Shown here one piece after another: positions 1 through 12,412 of a stretch of 47,341 nt of DNA. The stretch is from Chiloscyllium plagiosum (Eukaryota): assembly GCF_004010195.1 (NCBI RefSeq), contig NC_057758.1:6576603-6623943 (forward strand), given 5' to 3'. The position numbers and the translations under genes are program-made. Below the pieces are notes generated by a model. It searched no databases, was not told where the DNA came from, and saw nothing but the letters and a program-made list of their open reading frames with translations. Each line of letters begins with the position of its first letter. Positions within the stretch are counted from its first letter, which is position 1.

Positions 1-77
1 CTATCTATCTATCTATCTATCTATCGACCTATCTATCTATCTGCCTATCTGTCTGTTTGTCTATCTATCGATCTATA

Positions 78-130
<53 letters not shown>

Positions 131-131
131 C
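1..131. repeat. (CTAT)n / (GATA)n microsatellite
   Basis: Near-perfect ctat tetramer run from base 1 with a few interruptions. Confidence 0.97.
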
Positions 132-1609
132 GCTATCTCTCTCTTTCTCGTTCACCACAGATGCTGGTAGAAATAATGAGACTTCCTATCGGGGTTTTCT
201 TCAGATTTCCATGGCCAAAATATTTAGCCCTAATTCTACTGAGAAATGCAAGAGATGGATAAAAGTACTTTGTCTGTTGGTGAAATGATGAAGTCATTCA
301 GCGTTGAAAACTTATGTTTTCAACGCTGCGATCTCTAACTGTCTGAACACATGTCCAGGGATCTGAAACCTGAATATGATGTGATCACCATGGGCCAATG
401 TCATTTTCAGCATCAAAATCATTTCCGAATTTTCCCATCTTCAATCCCTCTATCCATCAAACAGAAGTTTCTTTAAGCAATGTGCTGCACTCTTCTCTCA
501 AAAACCTGATGATGCGCTTCATTGGTGACTTAGCCTTAGGTTTTTGTATATCATATGTGCGATGTCTCAGTATGTTCTTATTTTTTACGTTCTGTCCATA
601 AGACAACATTAGATAAATGTATAAGTAGGCTATTCAAGCCATCGCGTCTGCTCTGACACTCAATGAGTTCGTAGCTGGTTTGATTATTTTCAACACTAGT
701 TTCCTGCCTTCTCCCCACAACCATTACTCCACTTAATAATTTAAAAAAATATTTTAAAGAATCAGCTTTCAAAGCCACCTGTGCGAAAGAACATAATAGA
801 ATCACAACAGTTTAAAAAGAAAGTCTTTTACATCTTTCTCTGCAATAGTTGAGATCTAAACCTCAGTTCTGGCACTTTTCTGTTTGCCTCGACCACACGG
901 AAAAACAATGTATTCACACCCATTCTCTCAACTGCCCCAATAATCGTGTGTGTAACATTAAGGTTCCATCTCAGTCTTCTAAACACCGATTAGACCATGT
1001 CCAACGCTACTCAACCACTCCTTATAACACTGTCCGTGCAGTCTTGAGACCAGCTCTGTACTGCCTACAATCCCAGTGTCAGGGTAATGAGTACTTAATA
1101 GCTACGTTGCAGGATGCTGCTGTCTCCATAACAGGAAGAGAGGATAGCGGGAGTTGAAGAGACTTAACCACAATCCTTCCCAATACGTAACTCAGCATAG
1201 TCAAACTGCAAAGCTCTGTGATGAACTATTGTGCATCAGTGAATGTGGCATTCAAGAAGAACATTGAACGGTTATTAAGATAGAAGCGATGAGAGGTAGA
1301 GGCAGCAGAGTTCGATCAAGGGAATCGAACCTTAATAAAGTCACCACTGGCTTATCGGACTCCTCCTGTGCCACGAAATTCTGTCACTTTCTTCATCAAT
1401 TTTGAACCAGGATTACAGTTTGGCTGTGGCAATGATAACGGTAGCTATAGACTGTGTGTTTGCACCGACACTGTGGTTCAAGTGAATGGTTCTTGATCTT
1501 GGAGTATTACAATATCTTGTGAGGTACTATTTGATCGGACTGAACAGCATGAAGCTCTGCTTGATACTAAATGCAGTCGATTCTCGATTGTGTCTCTGTC
1601 AAAGCACAA

Positions 1610-1968
1610 TTCGTAGAATCGTAGAATTCTTACAGTCTGCAAATAGGCCTTTGACCAACAAGTCCACACCAATCCTCCGAAAAGTAACCCACCCAGAGCC
1701 AGCCATTTCCCCTACTACTCTGCATTAACTTCTGATTAATGCAAGTAACCTACACATTCCTGCACACTATAGGCAAATTAGCATGGTCAATTCAACCAAT
1801 CTTGACACTTTTAAATTATGGGAGGAAATGAGAACATCTGGAGGAAATCCTCGCAGTCACGAACAGAAATGCCACACTCGACACAGAAAATCGCCAAAGC
1901 CTGCAAACAAACCCGGGTGTCTGCCGATGTGAAGCAGCTGTGCTAACCATTGAGCCAATGTGCAGGCC
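1610..1968 (-). mobile_element. HE1-type (tRNA-derived V-SINE) copy, decayed
   Basis: Reverse complement of 27468-27826, with tRNA-like head, HE1 core and CR1-like tail. Confidence 0.8.
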
Positions 1969-2334
1969 CGTCAGCAGCTTGTTCTCTAATACCTGCATTG
2001 CTGTGAAGAAAATGCATTGCATTCATTACCACTTCTGGACTGCCTTCATTTCTCATTGGAAGGTCTGATAAAATCACACAGAAATATCAGATGCCTTAAA
2101 ATCTACTGCATTCTTATTAATAGTGGATGCCCATCTGTAACTACATTCTCTGGAACAGGATAAAAGAATCTCTGTATATTTGCACTCTCAAGTCCTCTAA
2201 GAATGTTCTATTCTTCGGAACTTCAAAAAGTATGGGATCAACCCTTTTAAAATCTGTTCTCATCAGACAATATTCCCATATCCTGGATTAAACTGGTGAT
2301 CATCATAATGACAAGAGTGGGGTGAGTGGGGGTG

Positions 2335-2680
2335 GGTGGAGTGTGTCGGCAACGATTGCATAATGTTCAGTGCAACTTACGATTTTTCAAATACTGAGGC
2401 AGGCCATTTTCAAATGCGAAAATATCTGCACAATATCCAAGCTTGGGTTGTCAAGTGGAAAATAACATACAGCAACACAAATGATTGGCTTAGCGATCGC
2501 CAAATCGAGAAAATCTCACCACAGCCAATTGCAATTCAAACGCGTAACAATCAATGTGTCATTCAATGATATAATCCTTGGGATTACCAATGACCAGAAA
2601 CTGAACTGGACTTGCCACATAAGGACATACAGGAGGCCAGGAATCTTTTAGCAAGTAACTCACCTCCTGACTCAAAGAGT
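2335..2680 (+). mobile_element. CR1/L2-type LINE RT C-terminal fragment (mirror ~26760-27100, - strand)
   Basis: Translation NDCIMFSATYDFSNTEAGHFQMRKYLHNIQAWVVKWKITY resembles the post-FADD region of CR1-clade RT (DLDNIQAWADKWQVTF). Confidence 0.7.
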
Positions 2681-2684
2681 CATA

Positions 2685-3100
2685 AATCTCTACAGCACGG
2701 AGTCAGGCCCTCGGGCTCAAAGTGGCCCATGCCGAACAAAATGTTCCGCCAAACTGACCCCATGTTCCTGCACTTGGTCCATATTCTACTAAACCTTTCC
2801 TCTTTTGGTATTTGTACAAATACCTTCTAAATGGTTTTAAAGCACACATTGCAATTTTTTCCTCCAGCAGCTATTTCCATCTGCGTACCAGCTTCATATA
2901 AAAGAGTTGACCCTCAGGTTCCACTTTACTCTTTCCCCTCTAACATTAAAGTGATGCCCACCAGTCATCGAATCCCCAAATCTTTGGTAAAAACACTGAG
3001 TGTATTCATCCTATCCATGCACATCACGTCTAATGCACTTCAATAAGATACCCCTTCTGTCTCTTACGCTCTATGGAAAAGAGTCCCAGCTTGCCGAGCA
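2685..3100 (-). mobile_element. CR1-type LINE 3' end fragment (mirror ~26345-26750, + strand)
   Basis: The mirror ORF LAKLRLFSLERKRQR..GGHHFNVREERVKWNLRVNSF matches the CR1 ORF2 C-terminus (LFSLERRRLRGD..RGH.FKVRG.RF..D.R.NFF) and is followed by 3' UTR-like sequence. Confidence 0.75.
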
Positions 3101-4184
3101 CACCACTGTCTTTTCAAATTTTCACCTACGGATGAGCAATAAATGTTTGCCATCGAGCAGTGCCAAAATTCCATGAGCGATGTGAAGATGAAATCTACCC
3201 TCCCAGACAGTGACTTTCATTTTTCTCCCTTACAACTCACCCCTCCCTAGGGTGAATACTTGTATTCCTCGGATTCCCTCTCAGTCTCCTGTCTATCAAG
3301 TTTAAAGTTATACTGCATTGTTATTAAACATTCGACTAAGGAAAGGAGATGCTTGCATTCCGCACTACCCATGTCCCTCCTAATCGTATTGTTGGAGTGA
3401 AATGAGCAGATAATTCACTCAACATGCAAAGGTTTATTTTCAGCATCGACGATTCCATTGAAACTACAGTGGTGGGAGAAACCCTCTGAAATTCAAGATA
3501 ACACTTCACCGAACAAAGGAAATGTATTTTATGCAACACTGCCAGACGGTCTTTAGCATTTACAAAGCAAATAAATTAAGTATTAATTCCATTCATTGCC
3601 AAGTTAAGCTTAGCTAATGACTGTATAGCAAGTGACGGACAGGCTTGTGATCAACGCCCAGTCACTTATGATTTCATGATATTTATCCGACCCTTGTTAT
3701 TTCCCTTCTTGAGGGTTTTCAAAATGCAGACTGTATTGAAGGGTATTTCTTCCCAGATACTTGCCAGTTGCAACATGTTAAAATTCAGTCAGGTGGACAC
3801 TTGCCTGTCACTTACGGATCTTGTAAATGCTTTATCAATGTCAAAATGCAAAGGTAATTGCGTTTTTCTCATTGTTGCAATATCAGGACCAGTAAACGCG
3901 TAAGGATAGCCACAATATTAGAATTCTGGATCTGAACAGGTTTTTTTGTTAAAACATATGTACTAGAGATCCTTATCTTTTTCCCTGGGTGTCTTCAGAT
4001 CTGTTCATTAATCCTGCAGTCCCATCGCTCTCAGTGTCTGTACCTACGTCTCATTTCTCTCTGGACTGATATGTGGCAGTTTTAACGTCTGAGACTGGTG
4101 CGTGCTGATTTATAATTTCAATCCGTTTCTCTCATGACTTTAGTTATATTTTTCGGACATAACTTTATGTGTAACTACTTCAGA

Positions 4185-5390
4185 ATCTATATCTACAATT
4201 GTCGTAATTTCCGTCGAGCCGGGAAGTTGATATGGAAACGTATTTTTTCACATTTCTAAGTGACATATTTGTGCTTTTGAACCTCCTCTGAAGTGCCACC
4301 TTATTACTTCTTCAAGAATTTATTTGATTCTATTCCTTTCCTTCCGGTTGCTGGATGAAATAGTTTGTTGCTATCGCCAGTAAATTGGCTGTAGTACTAT
4401 GTGTTTGTTGATAGAGTCTGTGAATGAGTGTCACTTTTCTATGAATTCCCTCACTATCCTCTGTTCAGGTTGTCCTATTATAAGTATGTTGCCATCTGTC
4501 TGTGTGCTTAATAAGAGCTGCTGGAAGTGGCTTACATTGGCGAGTTTTTGTTCATGAACATTGGTTGCTCGCTGCCTGCCTGTTTGCCCTCTATATTGTT
4601 GCGTGCATGCTTTCCATGGAATCACGTAAATTATGTTTCTGCACATGGCGGATACTGGGCCTTTTGTTTTGTTGAGACTTTGTCTGAGTGTGGTTGCCTG
4701 TTTGTGGATGTTATGAATCTCAGTGGTGGGAGAAGTTTGTTAACTAAAAGGTTTAAAATATTAAACGTCTCAGATGAGTGAGTGAGCTCGTGGCGTGTGC
4801 TCATCGTGTTGTTTGTGTGTTTGGTTTCTGCAGGAAAAATTTCCGGGATATCTGTTCTTGGAATACAGTTTGTGGAGGTGTTCTTCATCGTTCCTTCGTA
4901 GATCAGGAGTTCTGCAATGTGTTGTAGACCTTTTGGCCAGGGTCCTAATGCAGCGTCTCTTGTGTGTATCTGTGTTCGGATTATTACTTTTGTCCTTCAG
5001 GATCGAGTTGATAATTGTGGCTTTCCTCTACACATTTGCATTACTATCAATGTTTTGTGCTGCTTCTGCGATCATATCTAAGAATCGGAATTGATTGTTG
5101 CTTTTCCTCTTTCTCGTAAATCTAACTCTGTGAGCATGGCGTCAAGAATTCAGTGTGTGCTCTCGATTTATTTTCTCTTCATGATAAGTGAAGTGGGCTG
5201 AATGTGTAGATTTCTTTTTCCACTCATTGCACATTTGTTTTTGCTATTAACACAGAGATGATTGAACCCTATTTGCTTCAGAAATGTGTTCATGCATTTG
5301 GTTTTTGAATGTGAAATGTGTCGTCAAGCACAGGTCTAGGGCTTTGAATATGCACTCCTTGTTTTCCTGTCTCAGAGACGGACTACAAAG
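4185..5390 (-). mobile_element. Penelope-like retroelement, decayed RT plus GIY-YIG endonuclease (mirror ~23535-24730, + strand)
   Basis: ALDLCLTTHFTFKNQMHEHI (PLE RT core), a THKRRCIRTL thumb-like region, and CRNIIYVIPWKACTQQYRGQTGRQRATNVHEQ (GIY-YIG), broken by frameshifts and stops. Confidence 0.85.
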
Positions 5391-5399
5391 CAGCAAACC

Positions 5400-6143
5400 A
5401 GAGGAACTCTCAGCCAAAACGCTCTCATGAGTGACCAGGTTACGATTAAAGACGAACAAGTCAAACTACACTGGTACAGACAAGAAAATGGGTGCTAAAA
5501 ATCTTGCATTTCAAAACCAATGAATCAAAAGTAGACCACCACAATCAAATAGGTCACCAGCAGAGGACAGAATAAAGTTTCATACTGAAAAAAACGGCAC
5601 TATCCGAAGTAAATGTCGAAGGTAACCAACAGCAGCGAGGACAATACCACAAGCACTTGGCGAAGAAACCACTCCAACGGACAGCTTACAGACACAGAAA
5701 AAACGCTGTACTAGCCAAGAGGCTCAACGAGAACGACAGAAAGACAAATAGAACAGATGGTAGTAGAAGGAACACAAAGCAATTAATGTGCCACACAAAG
5801 ATACAGCAAAGCTACACCCACCAACGAGGTCCTGGACTCTAACAGCAATAACACCAACACACACAATACAAGTTGCATTGGGACACTCTTCAAAAGGGCT
5901 GCATCACAAGGCAGCATTCCCCATCTATGAAGGGAAGAAGAACACCTCTGCAGAGTATCTAGCAAGAGCGAATATCCCACAACTATATCTGCAGATAGGT
6001 AACAGATAACACTACGATGACATGACACAACCTAAATCAGTAGCTACTCTACATTACACTAAAAAAAATCTTGAGTACTGACAACCACTGGGAATCATGC
6101 CAGCCCAGAAACTGGCATCCACGCTCAGCCAAAAACCAACCAG
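5400..6143 (+). mobile_element. Second Penelope-like fragment, internally deleted (mirror ~22768-23520, - strand)
   Basis: An N-terminal QLTDTEKxxLAKxLN-like motif is joined directly to KATPTNEVLDSNSNNTNTHNTSCIGTLFKRA (PLE thumb). The element is back-to-back with the preceding one. Confidence 0.75.
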
Positions 6144-6144
6144 G

Positions 6145-8320
6145 AGTCATCATCATAGAGTCATAAAGATGTACAGCATGGAAACAGACCCTTCGGTCCA
6201 ACCCATCCATGCAGACCAGTTATCCCAATCCGATCCAGACTCACCTGCCAGCAGTCGGCCCATATCCCTCCAAACGCTTCCTATTCACCCATCCACATGT
6301 CTCTTAAATGTTGCAATTGTACTAGCCTCCAGCATTTCCTCTGGCAGCTCATTCTATACATGTACAACCCTCTGTGTGAAATAGTTGCACCTTAGGTCTC
6401 TTGAATATCTTTCTCCTTTCGCCCTAAAACTAATTCAGGACTCCCCGACCCCAGGGAAAAGACTTTGCCTATTTACCCTATCCATGCCCCTCATGATTTT
6501 GTAAAGCTCTATAAGGTCACCCCTCAGCCTCCAATGCTCCAGGAAATACAGCCCCAGTCTGTTCAGCCTCTCCCTGCAGCTCAAATCCAAAAGCCCTGGC
6601 GATATCCTTGTAATTCTTTTCTGACCCCTTCAAATGTCACGACACCTTTCCGATTGGAAGGAGACCAGAATTGCACGCAATATTCCAAAAGTGGCCTAAC
6701 AAAAGTCATGTACAGCCACAACATGACCTCCCAATTCCTCACCCAATACTCTGACCAATGAAAGAAAGCATACCAGACGCGTTCTTCACTATACTATCTA
6801 CCTCTGACAACACTTTCATGGAGCTATGAACCTGCACTTCAAGATCTCTTTGTTCAGCAACACTCCCCAGGATGTTAACATTAAGTGTATAAGTAATGCT
6901 AAGATTTGCTTTTCTCGCATTTATCTGAATTAAACTCCATCTGCCACATCCCAGCTCATTGGCCCATCTGGTCCATATCCTGTGGTAATCTGAGGTAACC
7001 CTTTTCGCTGTTCACTATACCTGCAATTTTGATGTCCCCTCAAACTTACTAACTCTACTCCTTGTGCTCGCATCAAAATCATTAATGCAAATGACAAAAG
7101 GTAGAGGACCCTGCACAGATCCTTGTGACATTCTACAGGACACAGTCATCCAGACTGAGAAACAACCCTCCATCACCACCCTCTGTATTCTACGTTTGAA
7201 CCAGTTCTGTATCGAAATGGCTACTTTTCCCTGTATTCCGTGAGACCTAACCGTGCTAACCAGTCTCCGTTGGGGAACCTTGTTGAATGCCTTACTTAAG
7301 TCATATAGTTCACATCTACCGCTCTGCCCTCATCAATCTTCGTTGTTACTTCTTCAAAAAAAAATCCATCAAGTTTGTGAGACATGATTTCCCACGCACA
7401 AAGCCATGTTGACTATCCCTAATCAGTCCTTGCCTATCCAAATACATATATATCCTGTCCCTCAGGCTTTCCTCTGACACCTTGCATACCACTGACGTCA
7501 GGTTCACTAGTCGATAGTTCCCTGTATTGCCCTTACCACTCTTCTTAAAAAGTGGCACCACGTTAGCCAACCTCCAGTCTTCCGGCACCTTACCTGCGAC
7601 TACCGATGATACAAATATCTCAGCATCAGGCCCAGTAATCACTACTCTAGCTTCACACAGAGTTCGGATACACCTGATCAGGTCCTGGGGATTTATCCAC
7701 CTTTATGCATTTGAAGACATCCAGCATTTCTTCCTGTGTAATATGGACATTTTGCAAGATGTCACCAACTATTCCCCTACATTCAGTATCTTCCATATCC
7801 TTTTCCACTGTAAATACTGATGTAAAATACTCGTTTAGTATATTCCCTATTTTCTGCACCTCCACACAAAGACCGCCTTGCTGATCTTTGAGGGGCACTA
7901 TTTTCTCCCACGTTAACCTTTTGTCCTTAAAATATTTGCAAAAACCCTTTTGATTTTCCTTAATTCTATTTGCCAAAGCTATCTAAAATCCCATTTTTTC
8001 CCTCCTGATTTCCCTCTAAAGTATATTCCTATTGCCTTAATACTCTTCTAAGAATTCACTCGATTTATCGTGTCTATACTTTACATATGCATCCTTTTTT
8101 CTTAACCAAACCCTCAATTTCTTTCGTCATCCAGCATTCCATACACCTACCAGCCTTTCCTTTCATCCTAACACGAATATACTTTCTCTGGGCTCTCGTT
8201 ATCTCATTTCAGAAGGCTTCCCATTTTCTAGCCATCCCTTTTCCTGTGAACATCTGCTCCCAGTCAGCTTTCCCAAGTTCTTCAACTTTTAGATCTGGTC
8301 TATCCTTTTCCATCACTATC
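6145..8320 (-). mobile_element. CR1 (HER1-like) LINE, 5'-truncated, with ORF2 RT and 3' UTR, decayed
   Basis: VPEDWRLANVVPLFKK..GNYRLVNLTSVVCK..DSQHGFVRGKSCLTNL, plus a 3' UTR and short-repeat tail at ~6145-6200. Confidence 0.95.
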
Positions 8321-8321
8321 T

Positions 8322-8790
8322 TGTGCAAAAAAAGGTAATTTACAATATGCCATGCGAAGACTGAACGAAATACGTTATAAGACAACCAGGCAGAAAATTA
8401 GCAATCCCCAACCACGAAAAGCCATAATTTGATGTCCCTGGTAGCTAATCCTACCGATGACAAGGATCGCAAATTCAACTAGGACAACTCAACGATTATA
8501 GGACACGCCAATCAGGAAATTGACATAATTTTTAAAAGCACGTCACTCATCTACGGACTCCATCAACAAACATATAGAGCAAGACCCAATACACAGGGCA
8601 CTACAATGAACGACTGGAACCGGCAAACTGAAGCATCAGGAATGGATCCAAATAAATTCTTCCAGGAGGCTGCAAAGCAATGAAGATGTCACCGAGTCAG
8701 GGGATGAAACGTCAGCAAATCAACTTCCCAGCTCGGCGACCATGCCCAAAACTACGACAACCGACATGAGAGTTAAAAATCTTTATGCAA
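8322..8790 (+). mobile_element. Penelope-like GIY-YIG and 3' terminal fragment (mirror ~19257-19740, - strand)
   Basis: Resembles the PLE endonuclease (C..VIY..PC..C ... HSSTDSINKHI...PI). Ends in a tgaagatgtcacc..ggggatgaaacgtc terminal motif. Confidence 0.8.
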
Positions 8791-10928
8791 GATTCAATGC
8801 CCTTAATTATCGTAAGGATCTTCAGTAACAATGTTTAAAGAGAGTTTCACAAGTAAAGTAGAGAATTAATTATTCTTATCTATGTCTTTTGCTTTAAAAA
8901 TTATTGCTCATTCTGTTTTAGTTCTGTTATTTTGTGTTCACAGAGCTACAAATGTTTCAACACGTGCAGGCTAAAGTAAGCAAATATTTTCCAAATTTCT
9001 TTAACTACTGTCAGCCATGTTCTGCTGCAAACGCCATGACAGCCGTAGATAATTTTGTGCTATTCACTCAAGGACAGGTTTTCCAGAAAGCTTGAAATAT
9101 GATGAATGCATCGTGAGAGCGCAGTGTTCCATTATGAAAAAAAGGAAGTGAGATTACAAAGCCAATAAAATGTTTTGAAGTGGTATTCGGTGATTTCGAG
9201 AAATGCTCTGTTCTGGAAATTTTGTTTATGTTTGTAATGGTAAACATAGATCAGAGATGGGTTTTCTTCCTTCTGTGGTTGAAACGTCAGAGGAACATCA
9301 GATAAATTCAATGTTGCAGGCAGTTAATCCTGGGATTTTCCTGACTCTGTGGTAACAAATTCACAAAGCCACATGGGGAAACAGAAAGAATAATCAAAGA
9401 ATAAGAATTAAGCATTTGACGTTCTGTTATCAGAAATTACACTTGACTAAATCGTGGAGAAAAAAAAATCAACGACAGGTGGAGGACAAAGTGGATATGA
9501 TGAGCTCAGAAATGTTAGCTGGGATCAAACATAATAATGGAAAACTGAACGATTTGTATCAAAAATCATTATTCAAGAATAATCTGTGCATATCCCTGAA
9601 TGTTACTTTTTTTGAAATGAAATATTTGTGAGGAAATGGAAACGATCACATTTTTGGCAGATTAAAAGTGAGCAGAAATTCTTCAGATTGTATCACCAGA
9701 GGGTGAGAGACAGAAGCTGTTGCGGGTCCTTGGCACTGTATAAAAGAAGAAAAAATACGAAAACTATCTGAAACGATTAGCTCTGAGTAGTGATCGACAC
9801 TCAAATCCAACAGATTTCTCCATATTGCTGTTAAGTAAACATATCTCGATAGTCATTCTGTCGGGACCAGTTACATTTATCACCAAGAATGAAGTGTTTG
9901 TAAGAATATGTTTTATTGAAGCGAACAAGTTCACTTGCTAGATTGACACATTTCATTTAGATCATGTCGTTGACCATAGAAGACGCCATCCTAAATTGCT
10001 ATGACGTTCAAACGAGTCCTCATCCAATTGAATTAAATGGCAAATCATGGCAACATGCTACACCAGAAATGGAGGCAGCAAATGAGGTGGAAGAACAACT
10101 TAAAGGAAACATTTCGGTCGAGATGAGAAGTACCTTAGAAAGATTCTATACAGCTGAAGATACAGCTTTGCTGGTGAACCTGTTGAGGATGGGACCGGTG
10201 GAATGATGTGTGGGAGATAGGTTAGGCCACACAGCAAGAGACAGTGTATTCTCTGAAGTTTGTGCGAACGTAAGCAATTTAGGATTTTTCACATATGCAC
10301 AAGAACGAGGCCATGAGATTACTTAAACAACCCAGCCATAGACACATGTTCAACACAGTTGTATATGATGGAAGAAAGTCCAGTTAGCACGATTCTGAAT
10401 ACTTTGTGAGAGTAAAACAGACTGGCGAACGTACAGGATGTGTCGATTTTGCAGAAAGCAACCTTACAGCAGAAAACATGCAAAGCAATGGACAGCATAG
10501 GAAATACAACTTGAAGGAAGTTCTAGGATTATTGTATGGATAGGAGACTTGGCAATGGTCTGGGTTTTGTTGATGCATTGCGTCTGCTGTGTGACATTTG
10601 GATTTTTTGCTTGAATTCTGTGTCCTGCAGACCTATACCATTCGCTGGCTGATGGGGGCGCGGTGCCCTGGAAGTATGGACTTTCAGGTGGACTTGTTGT
10701 AGGATAACCCGGGGTTTTGCGAATTTTAATTTTGCAACCCACCCCCCCCCCCCCCCCCCCTCATCCAACACAGGAAACTGCTCATTAGTAGCATCAACAT
10801 TTTCAGTATACAGGCATCGACGCATTAAAAGGTTTAACATTTACTGGATACAGTCATCAGTCTAACATTTACAGGATGAATTTATCAGTTAATTGATATG
10901 TCTAGCATTTGCAAGGTTCAGTTATCAA

Positions 10929-11115
10929 TTTGAAAAAATATGTTGCTGGAAAAGTTCAGCAGTTCAGGCAGCATCCAAGGAGCATGAATTCCTGAAGAAG
11001 GGCTTATGCCCGAAACGTGGATTCTCCTGCTCCTTGGATGCTGCCTGATCTGCTGCGCTTTTCCAGCAACACATTTTCAGCTCTGACCTCCAGCATCTGC
11101 AGTCCTCACTTTCTC
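10929..11115. mobile_element. Short fold-back Penelope-related non-autonomous element with hammerhead-like motif
   Basis: tgttgctggaaaag..gcagcatccaaggagca is inverted against tgctccttggatgctgc..ttttccagcaaca. The element is flanked by the direct repeat tcagttatcaa (10918-10928 and 11116-11126). Confidence 0.75.
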
Positions 11116-11599
11116 TCAGTTATCAAGTTGTTGTTAAGTACTTGAAACTGGCCGATTCAGGTAATTACTTCACAATTATCTGTTCATTGAAATACTTCAG
11201 ACCAAATGTTAACATTCAGTGGTTCTTCACTGCTGTGCACTCAAGACCTCTTACGATGTTAAATGGACACACTTCTTTATTTCGATTTTATTCCTATTAT
11301 TGTCACTGGACACTTTGAACCTGCTCTGATTAAATTTCCCTGTCTCAATTAATTCTTGCCGTATTTCTTGCCTTGAGGAATTCTGCTGAATCCTTCACAA
11401 AGGGATGATGGTGGTTTATAGATTGAATAAGAAATATCCTGACATGAGTTAGAAAGTGGAATCTTATCAAAGGGATCAGGATATCATACATATGGAATAG
11501 CAGATAACCTGGAGTGAGTTTCAGGCAAAAATCTGATCAAACGTTATAGAATTCTAGAGGCACAGAACAGCAGCTACCCAGGAACGATTTCCACATTGA

Positions 11600-12106
11600 A
11601 ATCTAATTGAGTTTTGGAAGCCTCATTGTAGCAAAGATGAGGAAGCTTTAGAGAGGTTCCAGAGCAGATTATCAGGATGCTGCCTGGACTGAAGGGCATG
11701 TCTTATGAAAATAGGTTAAGGGAGATTGGGCGTTTCTCATTGGAGCGAAGAAGGATGAGAGGTGACTTGATAGAGAGTTACAAGACGTTCAGAACCATAG
11801 ATAGGTTGGATAGCGAATGAGCTCTTACATTGGCAGAAATTTCTATCACGAGAGGGCATAATTTTAAGGTGAGTGGAAACAGGTTTATAGTCGATGTCAG
11901 CCTAGCTTCCTTACACAGAGAATGGTGAGTGCCGGCAGTGGAATTCGAGTCAGATTCATTCGTGCCTTTTCAGAGATGATGGGTTGGCAGACAAAGATAG
12001 CACAAAGAAGGATATGTCGTTCCATCTAAACTTAGAGTAGGATAAAAGGCTGGCAAAACATCAAGGGCCGAAGGGCTGGCACTGTGCTGCACTGTTCTTT
12101 GTTCTA
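11600..12106 (+). mobile_element. CR1-type LINE 3' end (mirror ~16127-16630, - strand)
   Basis: EALERFQSR..RMLPGLKGMSYENRLREIGRFSLERRRMRGDLIE, followed by the gggccgaaggg..tgttctatg tail. Confidence 0.88.
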
Positions 12107-12412
12107 TGAGCAAAGGTTATGTTCTGGGGTGGAATGGGCGATGTGCAGTACGGTGAGCTTTTGAAAGGCGGACATCCAATAGTGCAGCTTAGACAATTTC
12201 CCGAATTCAAGAATTTCCAAAGCAATGGCCATGCATAGGATAGCGTCAGCAGAATGAATACAAGTATCTTGAAGAATTAGAGACTGACACCTGTAATCGC
12301 AACAGGAGTTAACTGGAAGATAGTAAGTAGTGTAGATACTGGAAGCCCGAGACAATAAATGTGAAGCTGGAAAAGCACAACAGGTCACACAGCAACGGAG
12401 GAGCAGGAAAGC

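Larger units (their letters stand above)
269..12412 (+). repeat. Left arm of a large inverted segmental duplication (partner 15778-29167)
   Basis: Sequence from 269 (tttgtctgttgg..) is the reverse complement of sequence ending at 29167. Paired ORF translations recur on opposite strands along the arm (849+/28588-, 2336+/27099-, 6097+/22816-, 8087+/19974-, 10578-/17658+). The arm runs into the N gap at 12413. Confidence 0.95.

Noticed and set aside
7346..7976. RT-like ORFs as an active retrotransposon gene
   Set aside because: All CR1 and Penelope copies in the window are truncated and carry many stops and frameshifts.
10742..10760. Poly-C tract (also at 15554-15572) as a regulatory or G-quadruplex element
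   Set aside because: Absent from the mirror arm, so best explained as homopolymer slippage; no support for function.
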